The notes under the pieces were generated by a model. The model saw only the letters and a list, made by a program, of their open reading frames with translations. It ran no database searches and was not told where the DNA came from. From the NCBI GenBank assembly GCA_032718475.1, contig JAUCBJ010003554.1:1-34259 (forward strand): a stretch of 34,259 nucleotides of DNA, given 5' to 3'. The stretch comes from Nemertoderma westbladi. Lineage: Eukaryota; Animalia; Xenacoelomorpha. The stretch's first letter is position 1; the number at the start of each line of letters is the position of its first letter. The position numbers were made by a program, and so were the translations under genes. This document shows, piece by piece, positions 33,359 to 34,259 of this stretch.

Positions 33359-34046
33359 TATATAAATATATGTATATCCTTTACATTTAGAACTTTAAAT
33401 GTTTTCTATTTATTTGTATGTTGAAAATTTGTTGTGCTTAATATTTCATAGTTGTATTTTTGTGATTTAACATATATGTTTGGCATTTGATTCATTACAT
33501 AAAAGTGAAATGTTCTCATTTCCGCGCCATTCACAGTGTTACCCTACAAGTCAAAAATAAACTATTACCTTTTTTATTTATGCATCCAAAAATTGGTACA
33601 ATTTAAGAGTATTCTGTCAGCAGTGCAAATTCTGTATTGCATAAATTTAAAAGGAAGTACTGTACTAGACTAATGTGTTCCAGTTAGTTGTCTAGAAATA
33701 CAAAATGTTCTATTTATGCTTTTAGTGTAGTATATAGTGAGAACGGCGTCTTTTTGGCTACTACATGTTTCATAAACTACCAAAGATTAATGTTACTTAC
33801 TAAATTTATTTATGCAAATAACAATCTATTTAGTGCTTTTTAATGTTGCTATACAAATTTAATATAAATAATTTAGTGATTGTAATATTTTTGGTTATCT
33901 TATACAGTTATTATAATGTATTATGCAATAATAATAATAAATAATAATATAACTTGGCTCGCTTTGTGACGATTAAAAAATTAAATTATTTATCTAAACC
34001 TCAACTTACCAGATTGTAAATAGAAGGCTGGGGGGGGGGGTGGGTG

Positions 34047-34165
34047 CAATCTTCGCCAACGTACATCCTTCGCCCGCGTCCAATCTTCGCCCGGAGCAAT
34101 CTTCGCCCTCAAAATGAGCAACTATCGCCCGGCGGAAACCTTCGCCCGCAAGGCAATCTTCGCCC
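34047..34165. repeat. Seven interspersed CAATCTTCGCCC-like motifs, probably a transposon sub-terminal array
   Basis: An 11-12-bp motif recurs every ~16-22 bp after a G tract. Confidence 0.7.
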
Positions 34166-34259
34166 AATAAGATTTGTGTTAGTAACCATTTTAGTAACAA
34201 ATTGAGGGAAAGGAGCAGGTTACAGAGACGGCTTTTTCTAACCAAAACAATAATTGTTT

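Overview
AT-rich eukaryotic (animal-type) genomic window with three host genes. These are a two-exon mitochondrial processing peptidase alpha subunit (PMPCA, minus strand, 549 aa after splicing) and two intronless SLC18B1-like MFS transporter paralogues (plus strand) whose identity is patchy, as expected from gene conversion. Between the divergently oriented PMPCA and the first SLC18B1-like gene lies a 16.3-kb quasi-palindrome (7090-23370). It has two ~6.6-kb inverted arms that differ by about ten substitutions and five indels, around a 2.97-kb spacer. Arms and spacer are themselves built from nested inverted repeats (nine full or partial copies of a ~470-bp unit). They carry fragments of a Ty3/gypsy pol, an RTE LINE 3' end, a decayed low-complexity ORF and a CCAAT/X-box cassette. 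A perfect 48-bp palindrome with a GCGCGCGC apex overlaps the inner start of the right arm. Several copy-specific 5-bp insertions are canonical Tc1/mariner excision footprints (TACAGTA/TACTGTA), and similar TA-NNN-TA motifs cluster upstream of all three genes. The rest is nested non-autonomous DNA transposons and minisatellites. All comparisons were made by eye; coordinates of degenerate repeats are approximate, and an assembly artefact for the palindrome cannot be excluded without reads.
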